Assembly (NCBI RefSeq): GCF_006345805.1
Contig: NW_021835690.1
Span: 62,001-126,000 of the forward strand
Origin: Octopus sinensis
Taxonomy: Eukaryota
Length of the DNA stretch: 64,000 nucleotides
Reading direction: 5' to 3'
How positions within the stretch are numbered: the stretch's first letter is position 1; each line of letters starts with the position of its first letter. The position numbers were made by a program, and so were the translations under genes. Of this stretch, positions 37,443-50,818 are shown one piece after another. A model generated the notes under the pieces. The model was not told the DNA's origin. It searched no databases and saw nothing but the letters and a program-made list of their open reading frames with translations.

Positions 37443-38806
37443 CGTATGTATGTACGTATGTATATACATATATACAAACATTATAAATATATTATAAATA
37501 TGTATGTGTATATATACATATTTATATATACGCGTGTGTGAGTGTTTGTGTGAGTCTAACACACGTGCATTTGCGTGCATCTCTGTTGTTTATGAGGTGG
37601 TGTTGCACCGCGCTCTTGCATGTGGTTTTTTTTTAAACAAATGAAAATGTGGAAGATAAGCAGGATTGAAAGCAACCTGAAAACTCTGGCCCTTCATTCT
37701 CTATCGTACTTTTTTTCTCTTACAACTTCCACTAATCCTAATTCTTACTCCTAACATGGGGGATTTTAAAGGCTATCGTCTGCTTCCATTTTCACTGAAA
37801 TGAACGTCCGAATTTTTCCAGTATTTTATTTCATTCTTACCTATTTCTTCTTGTCTTCGTTTGCTTATATGTCAGTCTTTCTTTCTCACTTTCATCTCTC
37901 AAATTATAATAATTCTCTAACCCATTCTTTCTATTTCTATATTCATACTTTTTCCAACCGTTTCTTTCTCTCTTTCGCTTTCTTTTGGGCTCTCTTTCTC
38001 ACTCTTTCTTTCTCTCTTTTTCCTCTCTTTCTTTCTCTTTCTCTCTCTCTTTCGCTTTCTTTCGTGCTCTTTCTCCCTCTCTTTCTTTCTTTTTCTCTCT
38101 CTCTCTCCCCCTCTCACTCTTGTATTTTTCTTTTTTATCTTTTCCCTTAAGATTACATTAAATTTTTTATTCTCTTATTTCATCTTCAGCAAATTATAAA
38201 GTCCATTATTTTAAATAGTAATTGCTAAAATGTAAACAACAAAATAAATATATTAAAAAAAACACATCGTGAAAAGTAAAAAATAAAATTCTATAAAATA
38301 AGTTTTGTTTGTCAACTAACACCCCAACCAGTTATTACATTTTAATTTTCCTTTGTCCCGGAATTCTATTTAAGTGTAAATTATAATAAAAAATCAGTAG
38401 AACATACACAAAATCGAAATGCCATGTTTCCTTCTGGGATTCGCTGGTGAAGTATAAAGAATAACAAAATGTGATTTATTAAGGTTTGAAACTGATTTAT
38501 TTATTGATTATTATAATTAACTTGTTCTTTGGAAATTGTTGCTGACACTGTTACTATGCTATTTTCCTTTAATGGGTGCCTTATGGTGCAGGGTTCAGGC
38601 CATCGTTCCTGAGAAAGGATTCTAAATTTGGTCTTGAAACTGACAACTTCCATAACGATAGTCTCAGAGAAAGAATAAACATTTGCAAAACTATTGCGAT
38701 ATTTCCTTATAAATCTTTAAAACGTGAGATCAAATCTCGCAGAGGAATTTGAACACAGATCGATAAAATTAGGTACCATCCAAGTACCGGAAATGATATA
38801 ATTACC

Positions 38807-39213
38807 TATTTCTTTACTACCCACAAGGGACTAAACACAGAGGGGACAAACAAGGACAGACAAACAGATCAAGTCGATTATATCGACCCCAGTGCGTAAC
38901 TGGTACTTATTTAATCGACCTCGAAAGGATGAAAGGCAAAGTCGACCTCGGCGGAATTTGAACTCAGAACGTAACGGCAGACGAAATACCTATTTCTTTA
39001 TTACCCACAAGGGGCTAAACATAGAGGGGACAAACAAGGACAGACATAGGTATTAAGTCGATTATATCGACCCCAGTGAAAACTGGTACTTAATTTATCG
39101 ACCCCGAAAGGATGAAAGGCAAAGTCGACCTCGGCGGAATTTGAACTCAGAACGTAACGGCAGAAGAAATACCGCTAAGCATTGCGCTGACGTTACTGCC
39201 AGCTCGCCGTCTT
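38807..39213 (-). mobile_element. Meta-domain-like SINE (family C), head plus two bodies, 19-bp TSD
   Basis: CGGAAATGATATAATTACC duplicated at 38788-38806 and 39214-39232. Confidence 0.9.
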
Positions 39214-39970
39214 CGGAAATGATATAATTACCCATACTTTGAGTCACATTTCAGATATTATTCCTGTATTGAAAAATCAGTATTTAATTATATTCACAAT
39301 ACATTTATGGCGCAATTTGTAACGGGTTTATCGGTAGTATGGTATATATGTTCTATTCTCGTGAGAGAAACTCTTGTCTTTAGAACTGCTGATTGGCAGA
39401 ATTGGGATAAAGTCTGTCAGAATGTTTTTTACTTGTGTATCTTCGTGATCTGAGATCTAATCAAGCTGAAACTAATTTCACTTTTTATGCTTCCAGGGCC
39501 GATAAAATATATGTGCGTGTCAATATTGAGCATATGAGAGGCAAAAATGTCGGTGCACTGTATAAAGGAATTTATAGTGTTCATTTAATCAGGTTTTAAG
39601 TCATACAGAGGATGCCTGGGCGTTTTAGCCTCCCTGTATAAGTACCAATAAGTACCAGCTGCGCACCGAGATAGTATTTTTGCTGGGTATTTTTCTTGCA
39701 AATAAGCATAGCTTTAAGCAATTTTGAGAAATCAATACCTAATTAGATTTGCTCACAACCACCACAATAGATCGTTTTATCTCCTTTTCTAATATTTTAT
39801 CTACATTACGTTCATTTTGCAAATTATATATTGCTGTATGACGTCATTGATGAAAACAGAACTATCGCTCTTCAAAAACAAAACCTAATCCCTAAGCAGT
39901 TTATGAGACAGCTGTTTATATATATATACTTTTGTCAAGTTATTGTTGCCTTAGTGAATATTAAAACGCT

Positions 39971-40324
39971 GGAGGCGCAATGGCCCAGTGGTTAGGGCAG
40001 CGGACTCACGGTCGTAGGATCGCGGTTTCGATTCCCAGACCGGGCGTTGTGAGTGTTTATTGAGCGAAAACACCTAAAGCTTCACGAGGCTCCGGCAGGG
40101 GATGGTGGTGATCCCTGCTGTACTCTTTCACCACAACTTTCTCTCACTCTTACTTCCTGTTTCTGTTGTACCTGTATTTCAAAGGGGTCGGCCTTGTCAC
40201 TCTCTGTGTCACGCTGAATATCCCCGAGAACTACGTTAAGGGTACACGTGTCTGTGGAGTGCTCAGCCACTTAAACGTTAATTTCACGAGCAGGCTGTTC
40301 CGTTGATTCGGAGTGCTTAAGAAG
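39971..40324 (+). mobile_element. SINE family B with TSD
   Basis: ATTAAAACGCT duplicated at 39960-39970 and 40325-40335; short deletion near the 3' end. Confidence 0.9.
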
Positions 40325-40404
40325 ATTAAAACGCTAGTCACAAATAATAAGTTGTTGAAAAGATAATGTTAGTCAATTAGTAATATTATGTGAAACATCA
40401 AGGT

Positions 40405-40590
40405 GGTGAGTTGTCGGAATCGTTGGCACGCCGGACAAAAGGCTTGGCGACATTTCGTCCGTCTTTAACTTCTGAGTTCAAATTCTGTCGAGTTCGACTT
40501 TATCTTTTCATCTTTTCGGAGTCGATAAAATAAGTATCAGTTAAGTATTGAGATTGATATAATCAAATTACACCCTCCCTCCTCGAAATT
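40405..40590 (+). mobile_element. Diverged Meta-domain-like SINE
   Basis: GAGTTCAAATTC...TTTCATCTTTTCGGAGTCGATAAAATAAGTA-CAG. Confidence 0.7.
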
Positions 40591-40723
40591 GCTGGCCTTG
40601 TGACAACATTTGGAATGAATATTAATGTCAAGCACTCCGGCAAGTACAAGCAACAATTCTGAACATGTTTCCTTGTTGGTTCTCCTCATCAAAACATAGA
40701 CTTTAACCTTCTTCTTGCAAAGA

Positions 40724-40929
40724 GCGTCACCAGAAGCGGAGATAATTCTCCCCAAAGTGAAGAATTTTTGTTAAAAATATTATGAACAAGTTAACATGGA
40801 TATATATATTGCGTAAAATTGTGTCTGTGCGGAAGGTTCCTCTACCCTCTCACATAAGTATCATCGAAAGATGTCGGCACGTTTTGCATTCTCCAAACTT
40901 TTAGTAATATGGGAACGAGTCAACCTGAT
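40724..40929 (+). repeat. Unclassified ~200-bp dispersed repeat; inverted copy at 44038-44232
   Basis: ATCGAAAGATGTCGGCACGTTTTGCATTCTCCAAACTTTTAGTAATATGGGAACGAGTCAACC occurs in reverse complement at about 44045-44105. Confidence 0.8.
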
Positions 40930-41588
40930 GCAAAGAGATGAAAATCAAGTAATTGTATAATATTTTACGTGGCTAGGCCTATCACTTGGTGTATTGTAAA
41001 TAATCCATAACAGACGCCTTTCCAATAGAGCCCAACAATCAAGATTCCACATACAAAGCAGTAACAATTAAGAAACTAATATACTCTTTAGTTTCATGAA
41101 CTCGGCATAAAAGGTCAAAGGTCAATTAATTATTTTGCAATATAGCTTATTTCTATAACTCAAATTCTGAATTCAATTTCTATTTGATTGGATTATACTT
41201 TTCATAATCGAAGTATATTCTATAATAATATTTATATCGTATGATCCGTGATCAAATGTTTATTTTGTGGTTTCGCGTTATTTACGATATACAAATTTCC
41301 CGCTGTATAAAACACTAAGATATAATCAATATATCATCTCCTTCGAACTCTCAACTTCACAAGTTAGGTAACACCTCGTCAAATTCGTCGAGCAGTCATT
41401 AATAAATAGTCTTAACAGTACACAATGCAGAGCCGATAACTAGATATTTACTTCCGAACACTTAACAAGTTATATATATATATAAATTCAGGGTGAATAC
41501 TTGATAAGTGTAAGCACCTGTATATGCCAACTAGTAGCAGAGATGAGAGGGTATATGCATCAAATGAAATAAAAAACAGAACACAAAG

Positions 41589-41660
41589 GATATCGCGGTA
41601 CACGTGTTTCAAGCTTTATAGGTTGTTTTATAAAGCTTGAAACACGTCTACCGTGACATC
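41589..41660. repeat. 32-bp-arm hairpin made of two HHR 3' halves
   Basis: Arms 41589-41620 and 41629-41660 (3 mismatches). The left arm read on minus is GAAAC-ACGT-GTA-CCGCG. 41484-41530 matches 23512-23560. Confidence 0.65.
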
Positions 41661-41702
41661 CTTTGTGTTCTGTTTTTTATTTCGTTTTATTTCATTTGAT
41701 AT

Positions 41703-41740
<38 letters not shown>

Positions 41741-42406
41741 CAAGAGTAAAAATTATTAAAAATTATAATTTATACCAGAGGTTAACAAACATAAAAAAGT
41801 CAGAAGACATGACTATTTTTATGATATATATAAGTGTATAGAAGTTTATACACAGACAGAAGACCACAATGTGAACTTCTTACATGCTAAAGGGGGCAGT
41901 CAGATGTAAAACCACGAAAGAATTATTATAGATTATTATAAATCATCATTTTTAATAAATTTTACCCTAGTATTTATATATTTAAATATTTCAATTCATG
42001 GGCCAGATAATTCGCGGCTGAATTTATCCACTGCTGTGATATTCTGACTCGGCACGTTGGTTGAGGACATTCGATTTGAATTCTTGATGTATAAAGATGG
42101 AACTAGATACGCATGTGTTTACTTTGTGCTTCCGGTACGTATTCGAGTTTCATAACTATATTTTCCAGCGACTCTACTGATGGGACACGGATAGTTAATT
42201 CATCAATTAATTAACTAATTAATTGATCTATTTGATCATTAATGTTGAAACTCGGAGGCATAGAGTTAACTGAGATTTTTATTCAATCGAGTGTCCTGCT
42301 CGCTTACAATCAATGTGCCGTAAATAAGAATGTTTCCTCATGGTTTGGGATCTGACTGTCCTCATTAGCATGTAGTCTTCTCTGTGTGTATAAATTTCTC
42401 AACACT

Positions 42407-42451
<45 letters not shown>

Positions 42452-42452
<1 letters not shown>

Positions 42453-42885
42453 ATAAAAGTAAATAAATGGTACAACGAGGCACCGATATTTACTGGAAAA
42501 TAGTAATCGTAATAAATACGACGCTATTGTATAGCTTCACTGTGTATATACTAGCAAAGACGCGTGTGTGCAACAAACATGAAAAACATTTGTCTTACCT
42601 CTAGGAAGAACATTCGATAAATGGAAAACCTAGAATCGGATAATGCAGGACCGGTTTCTGACTCTTCAAATACGTTTGACAACGTAAATCTGATTAGTCT
42701 TCATCAGCTGCATTTACCTAGACAAGATTTCAAATGTTGCCACATCAATGCCAGTATACTCGTCTGAACGCCAAAACGTTAACAGAACGATAACAGTGAA
42801 GAAGTTTCAATGAAAATAATAATTTCGGTATGTGGTAAAGTAAGTTTTGCCGAACCCTAATTATAATTATACTCATAATTATAGA

Positions 42886-42923
<38 letters not shown>

Positions 42924-43159
42924 TATATATATATGAAAATAATAATGCATTATGAAAGTATTGCTTTCCAGTAAAAGATAGCCCGTAAGGGTAAAATTAT
43001 ACATATAAAAGTAAATAAATGGTACAACGAGGCACCGATATTTATTACGATTGCTATTTTCCAGTAAATATCGGTGCCTCGTTGTATCATTTATTTACTT
43101 ATATATGTATAATTTTACCCTTACGAGCTATCGTTTACTGGAAAGCAATACTTTCGTAT

Positions 43160-43195
<36 letters not shown>

Positions 43196-43400
43196 CTATA
43201 ATTATGAGTATAATCATAATTAGGGTTCGGCAAAATTTACTTTACCACATACCGAAATTTGCTGAACCCTAATTATAATTATACTCATAATTATTGAATT
43301 TTTGTATAAGTTTACCGATAATAGTTCTTTTAACATACCGAACTACTTGGTAAAATTATTAATTATCAATTAATTGATTAATTTTACCCTTTATTATATA
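42452..43400. mobile_element. ~550-bp HHR-containing unit with partial tandem restart and inversion (retrozyme/PLE-like)
   Basis: AAAAGTAAATAAATGGTACAACGAGGCACCG at 42455 and 43007; 43042-43258 is inverted; several internal and flanking (TA)n tracts. Confidence 0.7.
42642..42714 (-). ncRNA. Type I hammerhead ribozyme, intact motif
   Basis: AAUGCAG-CUGAUGA-A-GACU...AGUC-A-GAAAC-CG-GUC-CUGCAUU: perfect 7-bp helix I, palindromic helix III ACCGGU. Confidence 0.75.
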
Positions 43401-43511
43401 TGTATACTGCTGTGGCCAAAATTAGTGAACGAAAATAAAAAATAATGATATTTACATTTCTACATCATATTTCCGAATAGTATTTTTATTTCATATATAT
43501 ATATATATATA

Positions 43512-43728
43512 TACAAAATTTAGAGGAATGACCACTAATAGTGGACAGTCTGTATGCTAGATATAGACGTCAAACTCGCCATTTACCACGAAGAATGTGT
43601 TCTCAAGAAAACAATTCAGCAAAGAATTTTTTCTTGAGAACACATTCTTCGTGGTAAATGGCGAGTTTGACGTCTATATCTAGCATACAGGCTGTCCACT
43701 TTTAGTGGTCAGTCCTTTAAATTTTGTA
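43512..43728. repeat. Long inverted repeat (~100-bp arms, ~20-bp spacer)
   Basis: 43512-43610 mirrors 43628-43728 with few mismatches; follows (TA)n. Confidence 0.9.
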
Positions 43729-43832
43729 TGTAGAAAAATTTTTAATATTCGAATTTTTTAAAAACATGCTAGGCCACTGGTTTTAATTGATTAATATCAA
43801 TTTCTACCCTTATTTAATTTTATGTATATATA

Positions 43833-43876
<44 letters not shown>

Positions 43877-43920
43877 TATTATATATATATATAGATATAT
43901 ATAGATATATATAGATATAT

Positions 43921-43953
<33 letters not shown>

Positions 43954-44559
43954 TATATAGATATATATATATATGGTGCCCCAGCATGGCCACAGTCAAA
44001 ATTACTGCAATAAGTAAAAGAGTAAAATAGCGAAAGAATATCGGGTTGACTCGTTCCCATATTACTAAAAGTTTGGAGAATGCAAAACGTGCCGACATCT
44101 TTCGATGAGGGGGTAGAGGAACCTTCCGCACATACACAATTTTACGCAATATATAACCATGTTAACATGTTCATAATACTTTTTACAAAAATTCTTCACT
44201 TTGTGGGGAATTATCTCCGCTTCCGGTGACGCTTGGCAATTTTTTTTTTTCTTTTTTTACCACCAAACGGTAGGAATAGAGCCAAATATAATTGTAAGAT
44301 AAATCATTGTTTTCTCGAATTCTTCGTAGAAATGAAAGCTTCGAAATATCAATCGTCTGTTCTATTAGTCTTTCAGTTGTATTTGGCTCGCATCTTTTAC
44401 GTTTTACTTGCTTAAGCTTGCGTTATTGGAGCGTAAAAGTTTAATGTGGCGTAAATGTAGAGACTCGATTTTATGCCCTACGAAAGAGATACGAAAGTTA
44501 ATGTAACAATTCTATTAACTGACACAGATCGTTTAAATTGCACTGATTACTAGAGTAGA

Positions 44560-44880
44560 CATTTCCTCTATAGAATCGTACCATTCAGCATCACAAACGA
44601 TGCATTTGCTAGCACACAAATCTTGAATTTTCTTTGAAAGGATTTGCGAATGCACTGTTGATCATACTTCTTCAAGGCCATTTTCGTCTTGTTCATGCCA
44701 CCAAATTGTGGTCATAGAATACGTGTCCTTCATTGAAGCAAATAAACGGAAGTCAGCAGGCATCATATTCCGGCTGTACAGTGGATTGGTAACCACTGAT
44801 CATTTCAATAACTTGTCTGATTCCTTGCCAAAGAGTAATCGTGCATTGTCATGGTGAAAGTGGATATTTTTCAAATTCTT
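44560..44880 (-). mobile_element. Highly decayed mariner transposase fragment
   Basis: Minus: FHHDNAR...NPLYSRNMMPADFRLFASMK, a worn form of HHDNAR...HP.YSPDLAP.DFHLF. Confidence 0.65.
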
Positions 44881-44992
44881 TTATGGTCTTAATAGCTTCT
44901 CAAAGCCCTTTGAGTGTCTAAACGTAGTGCGCTATTCCATAAAATCAAGGAGAATGACGCATATATCAAAACATATGTGTATGTGTGTTTCT

Positions 44993-45052
<60 letters not shown>

Positions 45053-45261
45053 CTTATATATAACAAGAGCACTAAGTGGAATTCAGTGGAATACATCCAA
45101 TGGTTTTCAAAAATAGAAATATTATTATTTCTAAGTCTCTCTAAAGGAGACTACGGCAGCGGTACTGGATATTAATAGTTATCGTCCATAAATATAGGTA
45201 GTTCAAAAAAGGAAAATGATATAAATCTACGCACAAGCACATTCAAACATCTTCCCACTCA

Positions 45262-45296
<35 letters not shown>

Positions 45297-45389
45297 AATA
45301 AGTCATGCGCTTATAAGTACATTAGTCATAACGTTTAACCTCAATAGATTGCGGTCAACATTGCGAAACACAAAATTTGAATTTCAGTC

Positions 45390-45422
<33 letters not shown>

Positions 45423-47159
45423 TGTATGTATGTATGTATGTATGCATGTATGTATGTATGTATGTATGTAGCTATGTATGTATGTATGTATTATGTATGT
45501 ATGTATCTATATATGTATGTATGTATCTATGTATATATGTATGTATGTATGTATCTATGTATGTATATATGTATGTATGTATGCATGTAAGTCAGTGTGT
45601 GTGTGTGTGTGTATGTGTGTGTGTGTGTGTATGTGTGTGTGTGTGTGTGTGTGATTCACTGATGCTGCTACGGGGGCGGAGAAAATCGTGTCAAGTTTTA
45701 AGCTTGTTGAGGAATTTATATTACAATATACAATGAAGAGCATACATATATTTCTGAAGTACTTAAAGTCACTGGCAATCGCGAATAGCAGTATTTCGTT
45801 CTCCTTTTGGACTTGTCAGCACGACATAACAGGAGACTTGAAATCAAATTAAATTTATTTTTTCTTCTTCTGCTGCTGCTAACAGTAGAGAAAAGAGTTG
45901 GAAATAGAGAGAGGCCTGAAAACAAGTTAAATTTATTTTTTTGCTTCTTGTTCTTCTAACAGTGGAGAAAACTGATAGTGAAAGAGAAATTTCTTATATA
46001 GTGGTAAAGTACCTCCGGTGCAGATTCGCCTTACATAAATGCTCTTCGTGCAGATACAGTTAATGTAAATCTCGCTCAAGATATCTCTGCTCTCTCATCT
46101 TTCCGAGGGAAAAACAAATAGTCCAACTTCAGGAGGTAAAGGACGTAACCAAATATCACAAGACATCTTTTTCGAACTGTAATGTTTACGCCAACAGCAA
46201 TGATAATAATATAAAAATTAACTAGAACACTCTAATTTAAGGAATATGCTGTGCGTCTTTACTTGAATAGAAAGAGACATACAATCACACATACACACGT
46301 ACATATACAATTATACGTTATATAGTTTTACAGACATATGTTACACCAGTGCCTGTATACATAGGTGTATGCATATAGATGTAGGCGTATAGATAATATA
46401 TGAAAACAAAGAACAACAACCACGTTGGCAATGATCGGTTTCATAGTTCATAGTCCCCAGCGTTTTCCTCCCATCACCAACTTTTACAGCGCCACCTTCA
46501 TCTCCTGCTCTGCTATCTTCAACACAAAAAGATAATACACAACTCGGTTCGGTATGAATGGTGTTATGTGATTTGTGTCTGAAGAACTGAAAGATTATTA
46601 GCGTTTTTAATGTTGCTGGTGTTGATTGTGGCGGCAGACTTGGTGATGGTTTGAGCTGTTCTATTCAAAACGGTGGTGGTTCTGGCTTGTGGTGGTAAAA
46701 CAGGTTATAAAGTTTTATATCTACACTAACATAAATCAGAACGAAAGGACGGGGAAATTTTCTTTGTAAGGACTTTTATGTCTTTCGATGAGAGCGCAAT
46801 CTGACTCAAAAACACAATATATTTCAAGTCTTTATGTCAATAAGATTTTGATAAGAAAAATACGGCCGTGTTCAATTTATTGGCGTGAGTATTGTGAAAA
46901 GTTTTCTTTTGTTTTAGTACCAGAAAGTTGTTAACATTAAATGCCAAATATCTCACCGCCTTTATATTTCACATGCTTGACATTATAAATATTCTCATCA
47001 GTTGGAGAAATTGCCCGAATGAATGAATATGGCCAGCCTGATATAGAGTTCTTTAAAGATTCACGGTTATAACCATAAAATATCGATTATTCATCTGAAT
47101 ATAACATATACCCGTATGCATTCATACATTCATACACACATATTAATGAACATATATTT

Positions 47160-47188
47160 GTAGATATATGTAGATATATATATATATA

Positions 47189-47241
<53 letters not shown>

Positions 47242-47557
47242 GTGTATGTGTGTGTGTGTGTGTAGATATATATGTGTGTACTTCGATACATATTTATATA
47301 TATATATTATTATTATATACATGCATATATGTGTATATATATATACATGCATATAGTTGTGTGTATTTATGTATATATGCATGCATGTAAATTTAAATAT
47401 GTATATATAATATATATATCATATATATATATATATATATATACGTATATATGTATGTGTATATATATGTGTGTATATATATGTGTGTGTGCGTGTATGT
47501 GTGTATATGTATATAATTACATACATAAATACATATAGATGCATGTATATATATATG

Positions 47558-47630
<73 letters not shown>

Positions 47631-47692
47631 AACATACATACATAAATACAGACATATGTTTGTGTGTGTATATATATGTATATATATATATA

Positions 47693-47761
<69 letters not shown>

Positions 47762-47776
47762 AGGTATGTATATATG

Positions 47777-47809
<33 letters not shown>

Positions 47810-47810
47810 T
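47160..47810. repeat. TA/TG low-complexity block
   Basis: Direct reading; similar blocks at 34860-35330, 45395-45655, 49265-49560 and 56307-56580. Confidence 0.95.
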
Positions 47811-48266
47811 GGTTTAATCCTTAACCGTGAGTCTGACATATAATATCTCGTTTCGCTCGATAGCCCCGTCGGGGGCGGATTGGGACTTTCGTGTTTCCCG
47901 TCTAGTTAGGCAGAAAGATTGGACGACCGATGGAATTGTCAGGTCGATTGTTAAGGTGATTGTTAAACTGTCTTTTCAGGAAGGTAGTGGTAGAAATAGT
48001 GGAGGTGTACATGATGTCGAAGATGGCGGAGGAGGGGAAAGTAGTTTGTGGTGAGGTTGATTTATGGGCGGTCAGTGAGGAGAGTCTGATGACGATTTGG
48101 CTGATGGTGAAGTGTTTGGTGTTGATGATGACATAAGGCTGGTTGTGGGAGAGAATGAGATGGGACGAATGTTAATGGTCTTGTGGGTAAAAACTGGACA
48201 CAGCAACACATATACCCCTTGGACAAAGGTTCAATCCTTGTAAAGGTATTCAGTGTGTTTTTTTTC

Positions 48267-48499
48267 TAAGGCGGCGAGCTGGCAGAAACGTTAGCACGCC
48301 GGACGAAATGCTTGGTGGCATTTCGTCTGCCGTTACGTTCTGAGTTCAAATTCCGCCGAGGTCGACTTTGCCTTTCATCCCTTCGGGGTCGATAAATCAA
48401 GTACCAGTTACGCACTGTGGTCGATGTAATCGACTTAATCCCTCTGCCTGTTCTTGTTTGTCCCCTCTATGTTTAGCCCCTTGTGGGCAATAAAGAAAT
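48267..48499 (+). mobile_element. Meta-domain-like SINE (family C), single body
   Basis: AAGGCGGCGAGCTGGCAGAAAC head through to the AAAGAAATA tail. Confidence 0.9.
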
Positions 48500-50445
48500 A
48501 CGAATGTTAGGGGTGGCAAAAGAACTGCGGCCCGTGAAGGTAGAAGTGGTAGAAATGGTTGAAGAGGTAATAGTGGCCATTACTGTCGACGTACGTACGC
48601 TCGCACACCTGGTACAGGTGTATAAACATGAACACATTGAAGCATGCTGGCATACGCGGTGATGCGTACATTCACACACATACAAAGCCATCAACACTAA
48701 GAGGAAACTGGCGGAATGAACAAAACACCAAATCGAATGACAGAGCTAGGTAAAATAGATGAGATTAAATAAAACCTAAATAAAGATGATGAAAATGAAT
48801 GGGTAAAGATTCATTTGAGCAGAAGACTCTAGAAGCTCACACAATGTCAGTATAAAGGCGTATTCATACAAACATACTTACTCACACGCACATGCACACA
48901 CATACACACACACAGACACACACTCAGGCACACACTCACACTCTACAATTAAGGGGAGCGTTGGAACGTCGACTTTACCAGAAGCTCGAAGGGTGAGGAG
49001 AGTGTTTAATAGAAATTCAAAATGGCTTCACCGACATTCATGCTTCTAACGGTCAGTTCAGGTCATGGTTTTTTTTTTTTTTTGCCATCCTATCGTACAT
49101 CAGTTAATTTAAGTTCACGCTGTGCAGAGAGAGAGATTTGGCGCATTTTGTGATCGTTCTATAGGATGATATATACAGCGACACCAGCTCTTTATTTGGA
49201 TACTGTATGCTGTAAGGAGTGACACTTTTGGTTTAAATCATTCAATTAGTCATTAATCTGTAGGATGTGGTAATTATTATTATTATTATTTTTATTATTA
49301 TTAATATTATTATTAATAATTATATATATATATGTGTGTGTATATATATATGTGTGTGTATGTGTATATATATATATATGTTTGTGTGTGTGTATGTATG
49401 TATGTATGTATGTATGTATGTATGTATGTATGTATGTATGTATGTATGTGTGTATGTTTGTGTGTGTGTGTGTATGTATATATATATATATAATATATAT
49501 ATATATATATTATATATATATATATATATAATATATATATATATAATTATAATTGATATAGGATAAAAAAATTTTCGGGAAAAAAATTTTATCAATGGCC
49601 AGCATATCAAAAAATGCCTTTAAAGGTAAAATTTATACATAATTTACAAGACTTGGTGCTTGCTACTTCCATGGGTATGAATAAGTATTTCATTTATATC
49701 TCGCGTAGAGGGGAAAATTTCTTGTGAATTAACCCCGAAATTGGACCAATACGGTAATAACGAATTTTTATAGATTTCTATCGGTTTGTTTCGAGACGCA
49801 TAAATTTAATGGTTATCGACAAATTTTTTGTTTCGAGGTATCTGGCATTAGAATTTTTCTTCTGCCCTTATCTTGTAAATTATATATAATTATATATATA
49901 ATTATATTAAGGCAGCAAGGCGAAACGCCTGTCTCCAGCATGCTTGAAATTAATGGCGTGGCACTAAGAAACTACCGAAAAACTCCAAAAAACACTCAGG
50001 TTGTAGTCGGGCGAGTGAAGTAATACTAGAAAAAGCTTCACATTAATCGTAAATTGGGTCCAGTTTGTGGATGAAAGCTATAAAAAGGCTTTTTTCCTTG
50101 GTCAACACCAATGCACGAGAAATATACATACAAATAAGTATACATACCCGTACAAAACGAGCTCGCACGTCTGCATACAAATATTTGCACGTATAGATCA
50201 AATATAAGTCAGATTTATACTTTTTCACGACAACCACGTGATTATATTAGCTCTTCAGTGAATATATTATCAAAATTGCTTCGCAGGAAATGCGATTTTC
50301 ATCAGGAGTAAAAATATTATTTTATTTTATTTCATTTTATTTATTCATGATAGAATAGAAGGATAGAATCACGTTAATGATTCTTAACAGGTAGTCAGCA
50401 TGAAATAAAAATTTATAGGTAATTTATATATGTTCAATTAATAAT

Positions 50446-50515
<70 letters not shown>

Positions 50516-50629
50516 TATTTTCGTGAATGTGTGTGCGTGCGTGTGCATGTATGTGTATGTATGTATGTATCATCTCATCAATATCAATTCAACTATATAT
50601 ACACCTCAAGCTACGTTTTGTTTTGAACT

Positions 50630-50668
50630 AATAGACAGATAGAGAGACAGACAGACAGATAGACAGAC

Positions 50669-50743
<75 letters not shown>

Positions 50744-50818
50744 CAGACAGACGGACGGACGGACGGACGGACGGACGGACGGACGGACAGACGGACGGAT
50801 GGAGGGAGGGAGGGAGAG
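50630..50818. repeat. Compound tetranucleotide repeat (GACA)(GATA)(GACG)(GGGA)
   Basis: Direct reading. Confidence 0.95.

Noticed and set aside
46590-46705. Minus-strand frame PVLPPQARTT...QTQIT as a host exon
   Set aside because: In-frame stops lie between it and the nearest AG; no recognisable protein.
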